Below, in pieces: positions 1 to 9,958 of a DNA stretch of 64,000 nt. The stretch covers positions 142,755-206,754 of the forward strand of contig JAAEQR010000195.1 in NCBI GenBank assembly GCA_024231215.1, in the 5' to 3' direction. The stretch is from PVC group bacterium. GTDB taxonomy: Bacteria > Omnitrophota > Gorgyraeia > B26-G9. The stretch's first letter is position 1. Each line of letters opens with the position of its first letter. The notes beneath the pieces are model-generated. The model saw only the letters and a list, made by a program, of their open reading frames with translations. It did not search any database and was not told the origin of the DNA. The position numbers were made by a program, and so were the translations under genes.

Positions 1-653
1 TTAGAGTTTTGCAGGGTGAACGCCAGATGGCTAATGACAATGTTGAATTAGGTCAGTTTAATTTAGAAGGCATTCCTCCTGCACCGCGTGGTATTCCGCA
101 GATCGAAGTTGGCTTTGATATTGACGCTAACGGGATTGTGCATGTATCGGCAAAAGATCTTGGGACAGGAAAAGAACAGTCTATAAGAATTACTGCTCCG
201 AAAAAACTATCCAAAGAAGAGATTGAAAAAATGGTTAAAGATGCAGAACAATTTGCCGAAGCTGATGCTAAGAAAAAAGAAGAAGTAGAATCTCGTAATC
301 AGGCAGAACAGCTTGTTTATGCTACAGAAAAATCTCTAAAGGATTATGGGGATAAGGTTAGTGCGGAGGAGAAGGAAGCTATTGAAAAGAAAACAGCTGA
401 ATTAAAAGAAGCGTTAAAAGGAACTGATATTGAGGCGATAAAGAAAACACAGGAAGAACTAGGCAAAGCTTCGCATAAGTTAGCAGAAGCAGTTTATAAA
501 GCTCAGGCGGAACAACAGCAGCAACAGCAACAGGCTGCTGGAGCTGATGCCGGAGCGCAGGCGCAACAGCAGGAACAGTCTCAGGCAGAAGAAGATGCAA
601 AAAAGCCGGAAGATGTAGTTGACGCTGAATACAAGGTAGAAGAAGAAAAATGA
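1..653 (+). CDS. dnaK: Molecular chaperone DnaK, C-terminal portion (5' end lies outside window; reading frame starts at nt 3)
   Basis: Translation ...[93 protein letters not shown]... matches the conserved Hsp70 substrate-binding/lid region. It has the Q/A-rich tail and the terminal [10 protein letters not shown]. The frame is open to the window edge. Confidence 0.92.
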   Translation, partial: RVLQGERQMANDNVELGQFNLEGIPPAPRGIPQIEVGFDIDANGIVHVSAKDLGTGKEQSIRITAPKKLSKEEIEKMVKDAEQFAEADAKKKEEVESRNQAEQLVYATEKSLKDYGDKVSAEEKEAIEKKTAELKEALKGTDIEAIKKTQEELGKASHKLAEAVYKAQAEQQQQQQQAAGADAGAQAQQQEQSQAEEDAKKPEDVVDAEYKVEEEK

Positions 654-660
654 GCAAGCT

Positions 661-737
661 AATAGCTAATAGTCAATAGCTAATAGTCAATAATCAATAA
701 CCAATAATCAATTAGCCATAAGCCATTAGCTATAGAC
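661..737. repeat. Array of about 11 tandem degenerate heptamers (AATAGCT/AATAGTC/AATAATC/AATAACC...) filling the dnaK-dnaJ spacer
   Basis: Read directly: aatagct aatagtc aatagct aatagtc aataatc aataacc aataatc aattagc cataagc cattagc tatagac. It starts 8 nt after the dnaK stop (651-653) and ends 9 nt before the dnaJ ATG. Confidence 0.7.
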
Positions 738-745
738 TGGAAAAT

Positions 746-1885
746 ATGACGAAAAGAGACTATTACGAAATATTGGGTGTAAGTAAAACTGCATCAGTGG
801 ATGAGATAAAAAAATCATACCGTAAATTGGCGATGAAATATCATCCGGATCGTGTGTCTGAGGATAAACGTAAAGAAGCAGAAGAACAGTTTAAGGAAAT
901 ATCTGAGTCATATGCAATCTTGTCCGATCAGGATAAGCGTTCAAAATACGATCAATTCGGACATGCCGGAATAAACAATCAATACTCATCAGAAGATATT
1001 TTCCGCGGAACTGATTTTGGTTCGATTTTTGAAGACTTTGGCGGTGGCGGTGGTATTTTTGAAGAACTGTTTTCCGGGTTTGGCGGAGGAGGCGGCAGAA
1101 GGCGCCAAGGACCTAGGCGTGGAGCAGATCTTGAATATCCGCTGAATATAACATTTGAAGAAGCAGCTGTAGGTATAGAGAAGAAGTTTTCCATAAGGCG
1201 CAAAGAAACCTGTAATACATGCAACGGCGAAGGTGCTCAGCCTGGTACAAAGAAAGCTACATGTCTTGTTTGTCAGGGCAGCGGCCAGGTTTCGCAGTCT
1301 GCGGGATTTTTTAGTATTGCCCGCACTTGTGAAAGATGCCGTGGAGAAGGACAGATAATTGAAACGCCATGTAAGACTTGTAGAGGCGGTGGAACTGTTC
1401 CGGTAGATAGAAAAATACAAGTAAAGATTCCTGCAGGTGTAGATAGTGGAGCGCACTTGCGTGTGCGGGGAGAAGGTGAACCTGGCGCAAAAGGCGGACC
1501 TCGCGGAGATCTCTATGTAACTATTCGATTGAAAAAACATGATCTTTTTGAGCGGCATAATAGTGATGTATATTGCAAAGTTCCGGTTAGTTTTGTAAAA
1601 GCAGCTTTAGGCAGTGAAATTGAAGTTCCGACAATATATAAAGAAAAAATAAAGATGAAAGTTCCAGCTGGGACCCAAAGTGGCAAGATGTTTCGTTTGA
1701 GTGGTAAGGGGTTTCCTGATTTGCGCGGATATAATAAAGGAGATGCTTATGTAGTGGTTAATATCTCTGTGCCGACAAAGATCAATGCTCAACAAAAGAA
1801 ATTACTGCTTGAATTCGCCAAGCTAAGCGGAGAAGACGTAACCCAGGGATCATTTACAGAAAAAATTAAGAAGGCTTTTAAGTGA
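746..1885 (+). CDS. dnaJ: Co-chaperone DnaJ (J domain, G/F-rich linker, four CxxCxGxG zinc-finger repeats, C-terminal domain)
   Basis: MTKRDYYEILGV...KKSYRKLAMKYHPDR J-domain with the HPD motif. A Gly/Phe-rich stretch follows, then CNTCNGEG, CLVCQGSG, CERCRGEG, CKTCRGGG. Confidence 0.93.
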   Translation: MTKRDYYEILGVSKTASVDEIKKSYRKLAMKYHPDRVSEDKRKEAEEQFKEISESYAILSDQDKRSKYDQFGHAGINNQYSSEDIFRGTDFGSIFEDFGGGGGIFEELFSGFGGGGGRRRQGPRRGADLEYPLNITFEEAAVGIEKKFSIRRKETCNTCNGEGAQPGTKKATCLVCQGSGQVSQSAGFFSIARTCERCRGEGQIIETPCKTCRGGGTVPVDRKIQVKIPAGVDSGAHLRVRGEGEPGAKGGPRGDLYVTIRLKKHDLFERHNSDVYCKVPVSFVKAALGSEIEVPTIYKEKIKMKVPAGTQSGKMFRLSGKGFPDLRGYNKGDAYVVVNISVPTKINAQQKKLLLEFAKLSGEDVTQGSFTEKIKKAFK

Positions 1886-1975
1886 AGATACAACTTAGGG
1901 GAGTTTTTACGAAAGTAAGTTGTATATTACTATGTGTTAACAAAAACAGAGTCTTTGACATCACAAAAACACGTC

Positions 1976-2081
1976 TTTGCGCTAAGTCCGCAGCGGCATC
2001 GTGCCTTGCGGCCGCGCGTCTCGCCTATTTTTACATCCGTGTAAAAATTACGGCTCAAAGCGCCGCTTAAAGAGAATTTTT
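1976..2081. repeat. Copy A of a roughly 105-nt conserved intergenic element (candidate small RNA / REP-like element), directly 3' of dnaJ
   Basis: cgctaagtccgcagcggcatcgtgccttgcggccgcgcgtctcgcctatttttacatccgtgtaaaaattacggctcaaagcgccgcttaaag...agaattttt aligns at about 75% identity, co-linear, with 54405-54541. Confidence 0.55.
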
Positions 2082-2163
2082 GTGCTATCTATTATTAAGT
2101 TTACTTTGTTAGAATAGTTATGGTTTATCTTTGATTTTTAAATGTATTAACCGGAGGTTAATT

Positions 2164-2490
2164 TTGCCAACATATGATTATGATTGTGATAAATGCGGAG
2201 TGTTTGAAGTTTTTCAGATGATGTCAGCTGAAAAATTCACAGAGTGTCCTCAATGCGGCTCTAAGAAAATTAAGCGTTTGATTGGAGCAGGTATGGGTAT
2301 TATTTTCAAAGGTACCGGATTTTACGAGACAGACTATAAACGCAAGGAAAACAAATCAAAAACTAAAGATATTGCTAATACAAATAAATCCGAAGCAAAA
2401 ACTGAATCAAAGCCTGAGGCTAAATCTAAAGGCGAAACTGATTCTAAACCCAAACCAGCTGAATCAAAAAAACAAAATGATAAAAAATAA
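2164..2490 (+). CDS. FmdB-family putative regulatory zinc-ribbon protein with a Lys/Ser/Glu-rich low-complexity tail
   Basis: TTG start preceded by GGAGG (2153-2157). N-terminus MPTYDYDCDKCGVFE...ECPQCGS is the canonical FmdB CxxC...CxxC signature. The ORF-track ATG at 2131 would add a non-conserved leader. Confidence 0.7.
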   Translation: MPTYDYDCDKCGVFEVFQMMSAEKFTECPQCGSKKIKRLIGAGMGIIFKGTGFYETDYKRKENKSKTKDIANTNKSEAKTESKPEAKSKGETDSKPKPAESKKQNDKK

Positions 2491-2836
2491 ATTTGTTTAT
2501 TATTGGATGCCGGTAATTATCTGGGCGGTACTTATTTTTATTGTCTCATCAATTTCGACTTTCCCTGAGTCGATCCAACCGGTCATCTCATTTGATAAAT
2601 TCTGGCATACTGTAGAATATGGAATATTAGCTTTTTTCCTGGCGCGGGCCTTTAAAAATTCCTCCCGGGAAGATTTTAAGCGTAATTTCCGGCTACTTGC
2701 CATTATTTTTACCGTATTTTACGCTATTTCCGATGAATTCCACCAATCTTTTGTTCCTATGCGCACAGCCAGCATTATTGATGTATTGTTTGACAGCCTC
2801 GGTGCGGTATTGGGACACCTTATTGTGCGTAAATAG
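2477..2836 (+). CDS. VanZ-like family membrane protein
   Basis: MIKNKFVYYWMPVIIWAVLIFIVSS...HTVEYGILAFFLARAF...SDEFHQSFVPMRTASIIDVLFDSLGAVLG is the typical VanZ architecture and motif set. The internal ATG is in frame with the 2282 ORF and overlaps the FmdB end by 14 nt. Confidence 0.7.
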   Translation: MIKNKFVYYWMPVIIWAVLIFIVSSISTFPESIQPVISFDKFWHTVEYGILAFFLARAFKNSSREDFKRNFRLLAIIFTVFYAISDEFHQSFVPMRTASIIDVLFDSLGAVLGHLIVRK

Positions 2837-2854
2837 GGGGTTTCCATTTCCCCC
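2836..2854 (+). terminator. Possible intrinsic terminator hairpin (GGGGG-tttccattt-CCCCC) after the VanZ-like gene
   Basis: 5-bp G/C stem with a 9-nt loop immediately after the stop. The trailing U-tract is weak (ttaatc). Confidence 0.3.
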
Positions 2855-2915
2855 TTAATCTGATACAATAAAAAGTTATTACAAATCATTAATAACTACT
2901 GACAGGAGATTCAAA

Positions 2916-4178
2916 ATGGCTAATATTTCTCCGTTTCGCGGATTACGTTACAACACAAAAAAAATAAAGAATATCAATAAAGTATTTGCACCGCCGTATG
3001 ATGTAATTTCTGAGGCAGAACGAGACAAGCTTTATAAACAGCATTCCAATAATGTGATTAAACTTATTCTCGGTAAGCAGTCTAAAAAAGACACGGTGAA
3101 GAATAATCGTTATACCCGGGCTAAAGCTGATTTTTTCCAGTGGATAGACGATGAAATTATGATTTTCGACGAAAAACCAAGCATTTATGTCTATACACAG
3201 GACTATACCTTTGAAGGTGTAAAGAAAAAAAGAATTGGGTTTGTCTCGTGTTTACGTTTTGACGATAAAGATGAAGGGTGCTTGCCGCATGAGCAGACAT
3301 TAGCTAAGCCAAAAAAAGACAGAATTCAACTGATGCAGTCTGTAGAGGCAAACTTAAGCCCGATATTTTCTTTTTATATTGATAATAAAAATGCGATTGA
3401 TACGGTTTTAAAACCTTATACTAGAAAGAAAGCCCTTATTGACTATACAGATAAAGATAATATTAGACATAAATTCTGGAAAGTAGATGATGTCAAGACG
3501 ATCAGCAAAGTAAAGACTTTAATGAAGGGCAAGCGAGTGTTTATTGCTGACGGTCATCATCGGTATGAAGTATCCCGTTCTTACTATGAGCAAATGCGCA
3601 AAAAATCAAAAGCAGGCAATCATAATCAGGTAATGGTTTACTTTACAGGGTTTAATGAAGAAAATTTGAGTGTTATGCCTACTCATAGGCTGGTAAAAGG
3701 AGTGAAAAACCTTGATGCAAGGATGAAGGATATTGAAAAATACTTTACTAAAACCCCTTGCAAGAACTTAAATGACATGCTTGCCAAGCAAGCAAAGGAG
3801 AAGGGTTTTACATTGGGCATGTGTTTTAAGGGTAAGTTTAATGTATTGACGATGAAAGATAATGTCTTACTTAACCGCTTAATGCGCAAGTCTCCCTCTC
3901 AGTGGAAAAAGCTTGATGTAGCAATGTTAAATAAAGTAGTGTTTGAACATATTTTTAAACTAAACGCTTCTCAAAAAGAAGAGAAGATCAGCTATACTCG
4001 TGATGCTCAGTTTGCGGCAACCGCGGTTAAAAAGAAACTGGCTGATGTGGCCTTTTTCCCTAATCCAACCAAGGCAGACCAGGTGAAAAAGATAGCTTTG
4101 GCTAAATACCGCATGCCTCAAAAATCCACATATTTTTATCCTAAGCCTATAACGGGACTAGTGATACATAAGTTCTAA
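2916..4178 (+). CDS. DUF1015 family protein (conserved, function unknown)
   Basis: N-terminus MANISPFRGLRYN...FAPPYDVIS and DGHHRYE are hallmark DUF1015 motifs. AGGAG RBS upstream. Confidence 0.75.
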   Translation: MANISPFRGLRYNTKKIKNINKVFAPPYDVISEAERDKLYKQHSNNVIKLILGKQSKKDTVKNNRYTRAKADFFQWIDDEIMIFDEKPSIYVYTQDYTFEGVKKKRIGFVSCLRFDDKDEGCLPHEQTLAKPKKDRIQLMQSVEANLSPIFSFYIDNKNAIDTVLKPYTRKKALIDYTDKDNIRHKFWKVDDVKTISKVKTLMKGKRVFIADGHHRYEVSRSYYEQMRKKSKAGNHNQVMVYFTGFNEENLSVMPTHRLVKGVKNLDARMKDIEKYFTKTPCKNLNDMLAKQAKEKGFTLGMCFKGKFNVLTMKDNVLLNRLMRKSPSQWKKLDVAMLNKVVFEHIFKLNASQKEEKISYTRDAQFAATAVKKKLADVAFFPNPTKADQVKKIALAKYRMPQKSTYFYPKPITGLVIHKF

Positions 4179-4314
4179 TTTGATGGCATGGTAAGTTTTT
4201 GAACACCAGATCAAGTCAAAACCATTGTTTTCAAGGGCCAGAACGATGGATACAATATTATATAATACTATATCCGCCACCCGGTTTTTCAAGAAATTAG
4301 TAGTATTTAATATA

Positions 4315-4342
4315 TTGACATAATTTTTATTACTAGTATAAT
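4315..4342 (+). promoter_or_regulatory. Sigma70-like promoter candidate (TTGACA-16nt-TATAAT) ending 9 nt before the MarR ATG, implying a leaderless or near-leaderless transcript for the cluster
   Basis: ttgaca 4315-4320, tataat 4337-4342, ATG at 4351. No SD sequence intervenes. Confidence 0.4.
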
Positions 4343-4350
4343 ATTGTTCA

Positions 4351-4713
4351 ATGAGTGAACATAAATTGAATGAAGATACTTTAAAGATCATAAAAGAAAT
4401 AGAGTCTTGCTCAACTCTCAACCAACGTTTTCTGTCTACGAAACTTGGCATATCATTAGGTAAAACCAATTACCTATTAAAAGAACTTATCAAAAAGGGT
4501 TTAGTCAAAATCCATAATTTTTCTCATGGTAAAAATAAAATCATCAAAGTAGGATATAGTCTTACTCCAAAAGGAATAGAAGAAAGACTGCGTCTTACAT
4601 ATCACTTTCTAAAGAGAAAAGAATTAGAGTATGACCAGCTTAAAAAAGAATGGGAAGATATGACTAAAGGGGTTCAAATTTATCAGGAAAATAAAGAAGC
4701 TGTAGAGTTGTGA
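4351..4713 (+). CDS. MarR-family winged-helix regulator of the EPS-associated subtype (first gene of the glycan locus)
   Basis: 120 aa: LNQRFLSTKLGISLGKTNYLLKELIKKGLVKIHNF...YSLTPKGIEE. Size and wHTH pattern match the MarR-type regulators found at the head of exopolysaccharide loci. Confidence 0.65.
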   Translation: MSEHKLNEDTLKIIKEIESCSTLNQRFLSTKLGISLGKTNYLLKELIKKGLVKIHNFSHGKNKIIKVGYSLTPKGIEERLRLTYHFLKRKELEYDQLKKEWEDMTKGVQIYQENKEAVEL

Positions 4714-4734
4714 TGGTTAAGGGGGAGCTAAAAA

Positions 4735-5376
4735 ATGGAAAAACAGAACATAATCTTAGTTGGCGGCGGCGGACATTGCCGGGCTTGTATTGATGTTATT
4801 GAGGCGCAATTCAGATACAGAATTGTTGGGATAGTTGATGCCAAAGAAATGATGCATAAGAAGGTTTTAGGGTATGAAATCATTGGTTGCGAGCAGGATT
4901 TGCCGAAATTACTTGATGGTTGTGACAATTTTTTTATCACAGTCGGGCAGATTAAAACTGCCGATGTAAGGATAGAGAAGTTTGAATATTTGAAAAAATT
5001 AGGAGCGAAATTCCCGGTAATAATATCCCCTTCTGCCTATGTAGCTGATTCTGCTCGGATTAGTGAGGGGACAATAGTAATGCATGGTGCGGTTGTAAAT
5101 GCGCAGGCAGTGGTTGGGAAAAATTCCATTAGTAATACTGGAGCGATAATAGAACATGATGCAAGTATCGGTGATTATTGTCACATAGCAACCGGAGCAG
5201 TTGTGAATGGAGAATGTGTTATCGGAGAACGAGTGTTTATTGGGAGTAATAGTGTTATTTCAAATGGCGTTAATGTTGAGAGTAATGTTGTGATTGGTGC
5301 AGGTTCCACAGTTATTAAAAGCATTCTTGAGTCGGGAACATATGTGGGCAATCCAGCTAGAAAAGTGAATGGTTAA
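4735..5376 (+). CDS. NeuD/PglD-family sugar N-/O-acetyltransferase (N-terminal Rossmann-like domain plus left-handed beta-helix)
   Basis: MEKQNIILVGGGGHCRACIDVIE... N-terminal domain followed by hexapeptide repeats (IGDYCHIATGAVVNGECVIGERVFIGSNSVI). Confidence 0.75.
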   Translation: MEKQNIILVGGGGHCRACIDVIEAQFRYRIVGIVDAKEMMHKKVLGYEIIGCEQDLPKLLDGCDNFFITVGQIKTADVRIEKFEYLKKLGAKFPVIISPSAYVADSARISEGTIVMHGAVVNAQAVVGKNSISNTGAIIEHDASIGDYCHIATGAVVNGECVIGERVFIGSNSVISNGVNVESNVVIGAGSTVIKSILESGTYVGNPARKVNG

Positions 5377-5390
5377 TACTAAAGGAGTAA

Positions 5391-7504
<2,114 letters not shown>

Positions 7505-7557
7505 GCAAGAGAATCTTAATAATATAAAAGTGTATGTTTTATGCAGGAGGAGTTGTT

Positions 7558-8598
7558 ATGCAGAAAAATATTTTGGGTCCAGTAGATCAGTTTTATTTAA
7601 TTGGAGGAGGAAGGCTTCTTTTTGAATTATCTGTTTGGCTAAAGTCCCAAGGAATTAAGGGGAGCATTATTGCTGCTGAGCGTCATGCGAAAGAAGAAGT
7701 TCTTGAGGATGATAGGACCTTAGAGCAATTAGCGAAAGAAGCACAGATAGAGATACATATAATAGAAGATATAAATAATATTCCCGATAATTCTAAAAGG
7801 ATCAATTTTACGGATACAAGCTTTGCTCTTTCTCTAGGCGCTGCGTGGATATTTAAAGAGCAGACAATAGAGAAACTTTTTAAAAACAGGTTGTTTAATT
7901 TGCATGGGTCAAGGCTGCCTCAATATCGTGGTGGTGGGGGCTTTTCTTGGCAGATATTACGAGGCAATCGCTTGGGGTTTTGTCTGATCCATTTTATAGA
8001 TGGGGGTGTAGATACAGGCAATATTTTAAAATATGAGGAGTTCTTATATCCTGCAGATTGTAGGATACCTTTAGATTACGAAGAGTGTTATAGAAAAAAC
8101 AATCTAGAATTTATGCAGAAGCTATTTAAAAAATTAGTGAAAGGGTCCATAACATTTCAACCAGTAGCACAACAGGAATATTTTTCTGCTTATTGGCCTA
8201 GATTGCATTCGCCGACACATTCCTGGATTGACTGGTCAATGCCTTTAAATGAGTTAGATAGATTTATTTGTGCTTTTGATGATCCCTATTGTGGAGCGCA
8301 AACTACTAGTGACGGGTCTTTGGTTTACTTAAAAAAGACTATGACAGATAATAATGATGGTAATTTTCATCCATTTCAATATGGTTTAGTTTACCGAAAT
8401 AATGGGAAATGGCTTTCTGTTGCTGCAAATGGTGGGACTATTATTATCCAAAGTGTTACCGGCAAGGATGGACAGGATTTGATTAGATCGATTAAGTCGG
8501 GTGACAGATTTTTTACTCCTGTCGAAAAACTTGAAGAAGCTTGTAGTCAACGTATCTTTTATACCCCTAGGGGATTATGCGAAGGAAGGAAGCCTTAG
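7558..8598 (+). CDS. Formyltransferase-fold protein (Formyl_trans_N-like N-terminus plus C-terminal extension); candidate sugar N-formyl/acyl transferase
   Basis: FNLHGSRLPQYRGGGGFSWQILRGNRLGFCLIHFIDGGVDTGNI resembles the N.HxSLLPxYRG...HxxxxxxDxG core of Fmt/ArnA-like formyltransferases. AGGAGGA RBS before the ATG at 7558. Confidence 0.55.
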   Translation: MQKNILGPVDQFYLIGGGRLLFELSVWLKSQGIKGSIIAAERHAKEEVLEDDRTLEQLAKEAQIEIHIIEDINNIPDNSKRINFTDTSFALSLGAAWIFKEQTIEKLFKNRLFNLHGSRLPQYRGGGGFSWQILRGNRLGFCLIHFIDGGVDTGNILKYEEFLYPADCRIPLDYEECYRKNNLEFMQKLFKKLVKGSITFQPVAQQEYFSAYWPRLHSPTHSWIDWSMPLNELDRFICAFDDPYCGAQTTSDGSLVYLKKTMTDNNDGNFHPFQYGLVYRNNGKWLSVAANGGTIIIQSVTGKDGQDLIRSIKSGDRFFTPVEKLEEACSQRIFYTPRGLCEGRKP

Positions 8599-8623
8599 AG
8601 GCGTTCACAAGACGGAGGATATA

Positions 8624-9940
8624 ATGAATAATACTAAAAATCTTAATATGCAGGAGCGTGCAAAAAAACGTATGCCTGGGATGACGCAGCTTCTTTCTAA
8701 AAGGCCGGATCAGTTTTCTTTGGGTGTTTGGCCGGGATATTATAGTAAAGCAAAAGGTGCAGAGGTATGGGATCTGGATGGGAATAAATATTTGGATATG
8801 AGTATTGGTGGTATTGGAGCTAATATTCTTGGTTTTGCTGATGATGATGTTAACGCGGCGGTTTATAAGGCAATTAAAAATGGATCAAGTTCCTCTCTTA
8901 ATTCTCCGGAAGAAGTAGAGCTTTCTGAATTGCTTTGCGAGATTCATCCCTGGGCGGATAAGGTCAGATATGCGCGTACCGGGGGAGAGGCAATGGCTGT
9001 TGCAGTCAGAATTGCCAGGGCGTCTACTGGCCGGGATAAAGTCGCCTTTTGTGGTTACCATGGCTGGCATGATTGGTATCTTTCGGCTAATTTAGGCACT
9101 GAGAATGCATTAGGGGAACATCTTCTCTCTGGATTGGATCCTTTGGGAGTACCAAAAGGTCTTACTGGGACGTCTTTTCCGTTTACTTATAATAAAATAG
9201 AAGAGCTTAGGGATATTGTTGCCAAGCATGGCAATGAAATAGCGGCAATAGTTATGGAACCGATACGAGATGATGCGCCTGATGCTGATTTTGTTGACGA
9301 AGTACGGGCTATTGCCGATAAAATAAAAACGGTTTTGGTCATTGATGAAATTTCTGCCGGATTTCGTTTAAATACCGGAGGCTCACACCTGCTTTATAAT
9401 ATAAAACCGGATATAGCGGTTTTTTCAAAAGCCTTGGGTAATGGCTTTCCTGTAGCGGCTATTATCGGAAAAGAAAAAGTTATGGATGCTGCGCAAAAAA
9501 CATTTATAAGCAGCACAATGTGGACAGAGTGTATTGGACCAACAGCTGCATTGGCAACAATTAAAAAACATAAAGCATGTAATGTGGCTGAGCATCTTAT
9601 TTCTATTGGAAGTAGTGTTCAGGAAGGATGGAAAACACTTTCTAAAAAACATGGCCTAAAAATTCATGTAGGAGGAATTGCTCCTATTAGTCATTTTTCT
9701 TTTGAATATAATAATGCCATGGTTTTAAAAGCATTTTTTGTTCAGTTGATGCTAGAGAGAGGATTTTTGGCTTCTACTTTATTTTATTCTATGTATGCGC
9801 ATCAAACGGCGCATGTTAACAGTTATCTACAGTCAGTTGATGAGGTATTCGCTATTATTGCAAATGCAAATCAAAAAGGAGAAGTAGAGACTAAATTAAA
9901 AGGCAAACCAGCAACTGCCGGTTTTAAGCGGATTACATAG
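8624..9940 (+). CDS. Class III PLP aminotransferase, glutamate-1-semialdehyde aminomutase-like
   Basis: GSA-AT-like motifs (YARTGGEAMAVAVRIARASTGRDKVAFCGYHGWHDWYL; DEISAGFRL; FSKALGNGFPVAA). GGAGG RBS before the ATG at 8624. The upstream overlap of the track ORF is not supported. Confidence 0.7.
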   Translation: MNNTKNLNMQERAKKRMPGMTQLLSKRPDQFSLGVWPGYYSKAKGAEVWDLDGNKYLDMSIGGIGANILGFADDDVNAAVYKAIKNGSSSSLNSPEEVELSELLCEIHPWADKVRYARTGGEAMAVAVRIARASTGRDKVAFCGYHGWHDWYLSANLGTENALGEHLLSGLDPLGVPKGLTGTSFPFTYNKIEELRDIVAKHGNEIAAIVMEPIRDDAPDADFVDEVRAIADKIKTVLVIDEISAGFRLNTGGSHLLYNIKPDIAVFSKALGNGFPVAAIIGKEKVMDAAQKTFISSTMWTECIGPTAALATIKKHKACNVAEHLISIGSSVQEGWKTLSKKHGLKIHVGGIAPISHFSFEYNNAMVLKAFFVQLMLERGFLASTLFYSMYAHQTAHVNSYLQSVDEVFAIIANANQKGEVETKLKGKPATAGFKRIT

Positions 9941-9958
9941 AGTGAAGGGTTTTATTAT

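Noticed and set aside
379-657. Minus-strand ORFs overlapping dnaK and dnaJ (379-657, 979-1224, 989-1558, 1607-1795)
   Set aside because: They lie entirely within or antisense to strongly supported dnaK/dnaJ coding sequence, give low-complexity translations and have no start context. They are typical antisense artefacts.
654-745. Possible CIRCE/HrcA operator or CRISPR-like array in the dnaK-dnaJ spacer
   Set aside because: No TTAGCACTC-N9-GAGTGCTAA inverted repeat is present. The repeat units are 7 nt with no spacers, so this is not a CRISPR array. It is kept as a heptamer tandem repeat instead.
1882-2070. 62-aa + strand ORF after dnaJ
   Set aside because: It overlaps the conserved 105-nt intergenic element, which has a second copy at 54.4 kb in a non-coding context. 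It has no RBS, and its Ala-rich translation comes from the GC-rich element.
2131-2163. ATG at 2131 as start of the FmdB-family gene (ORF track)
   Set aside because: The TTG at 2164 preceded by GGAGG yields the canonical MPTYDY.C N-terminus of the family. The 11 extra residues are not conserved.
4158-4469. Minus-strand 103-aa ORF spanning the MarR promoter region
   Set aside because: It is AT-rich low-complexity, overlaps the start of the MarR gene and the predicted promoter, and has no homology features.
8501-8623. Upstream extension of the class III aminotransferase ORF overlapping the formyltransferase gene by 98 nt
   Set aside because: An internal ATG at 8624 with a GGAGG RBS gives a normal aminotransferase N-terminus. 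The long overlap is unsupported.
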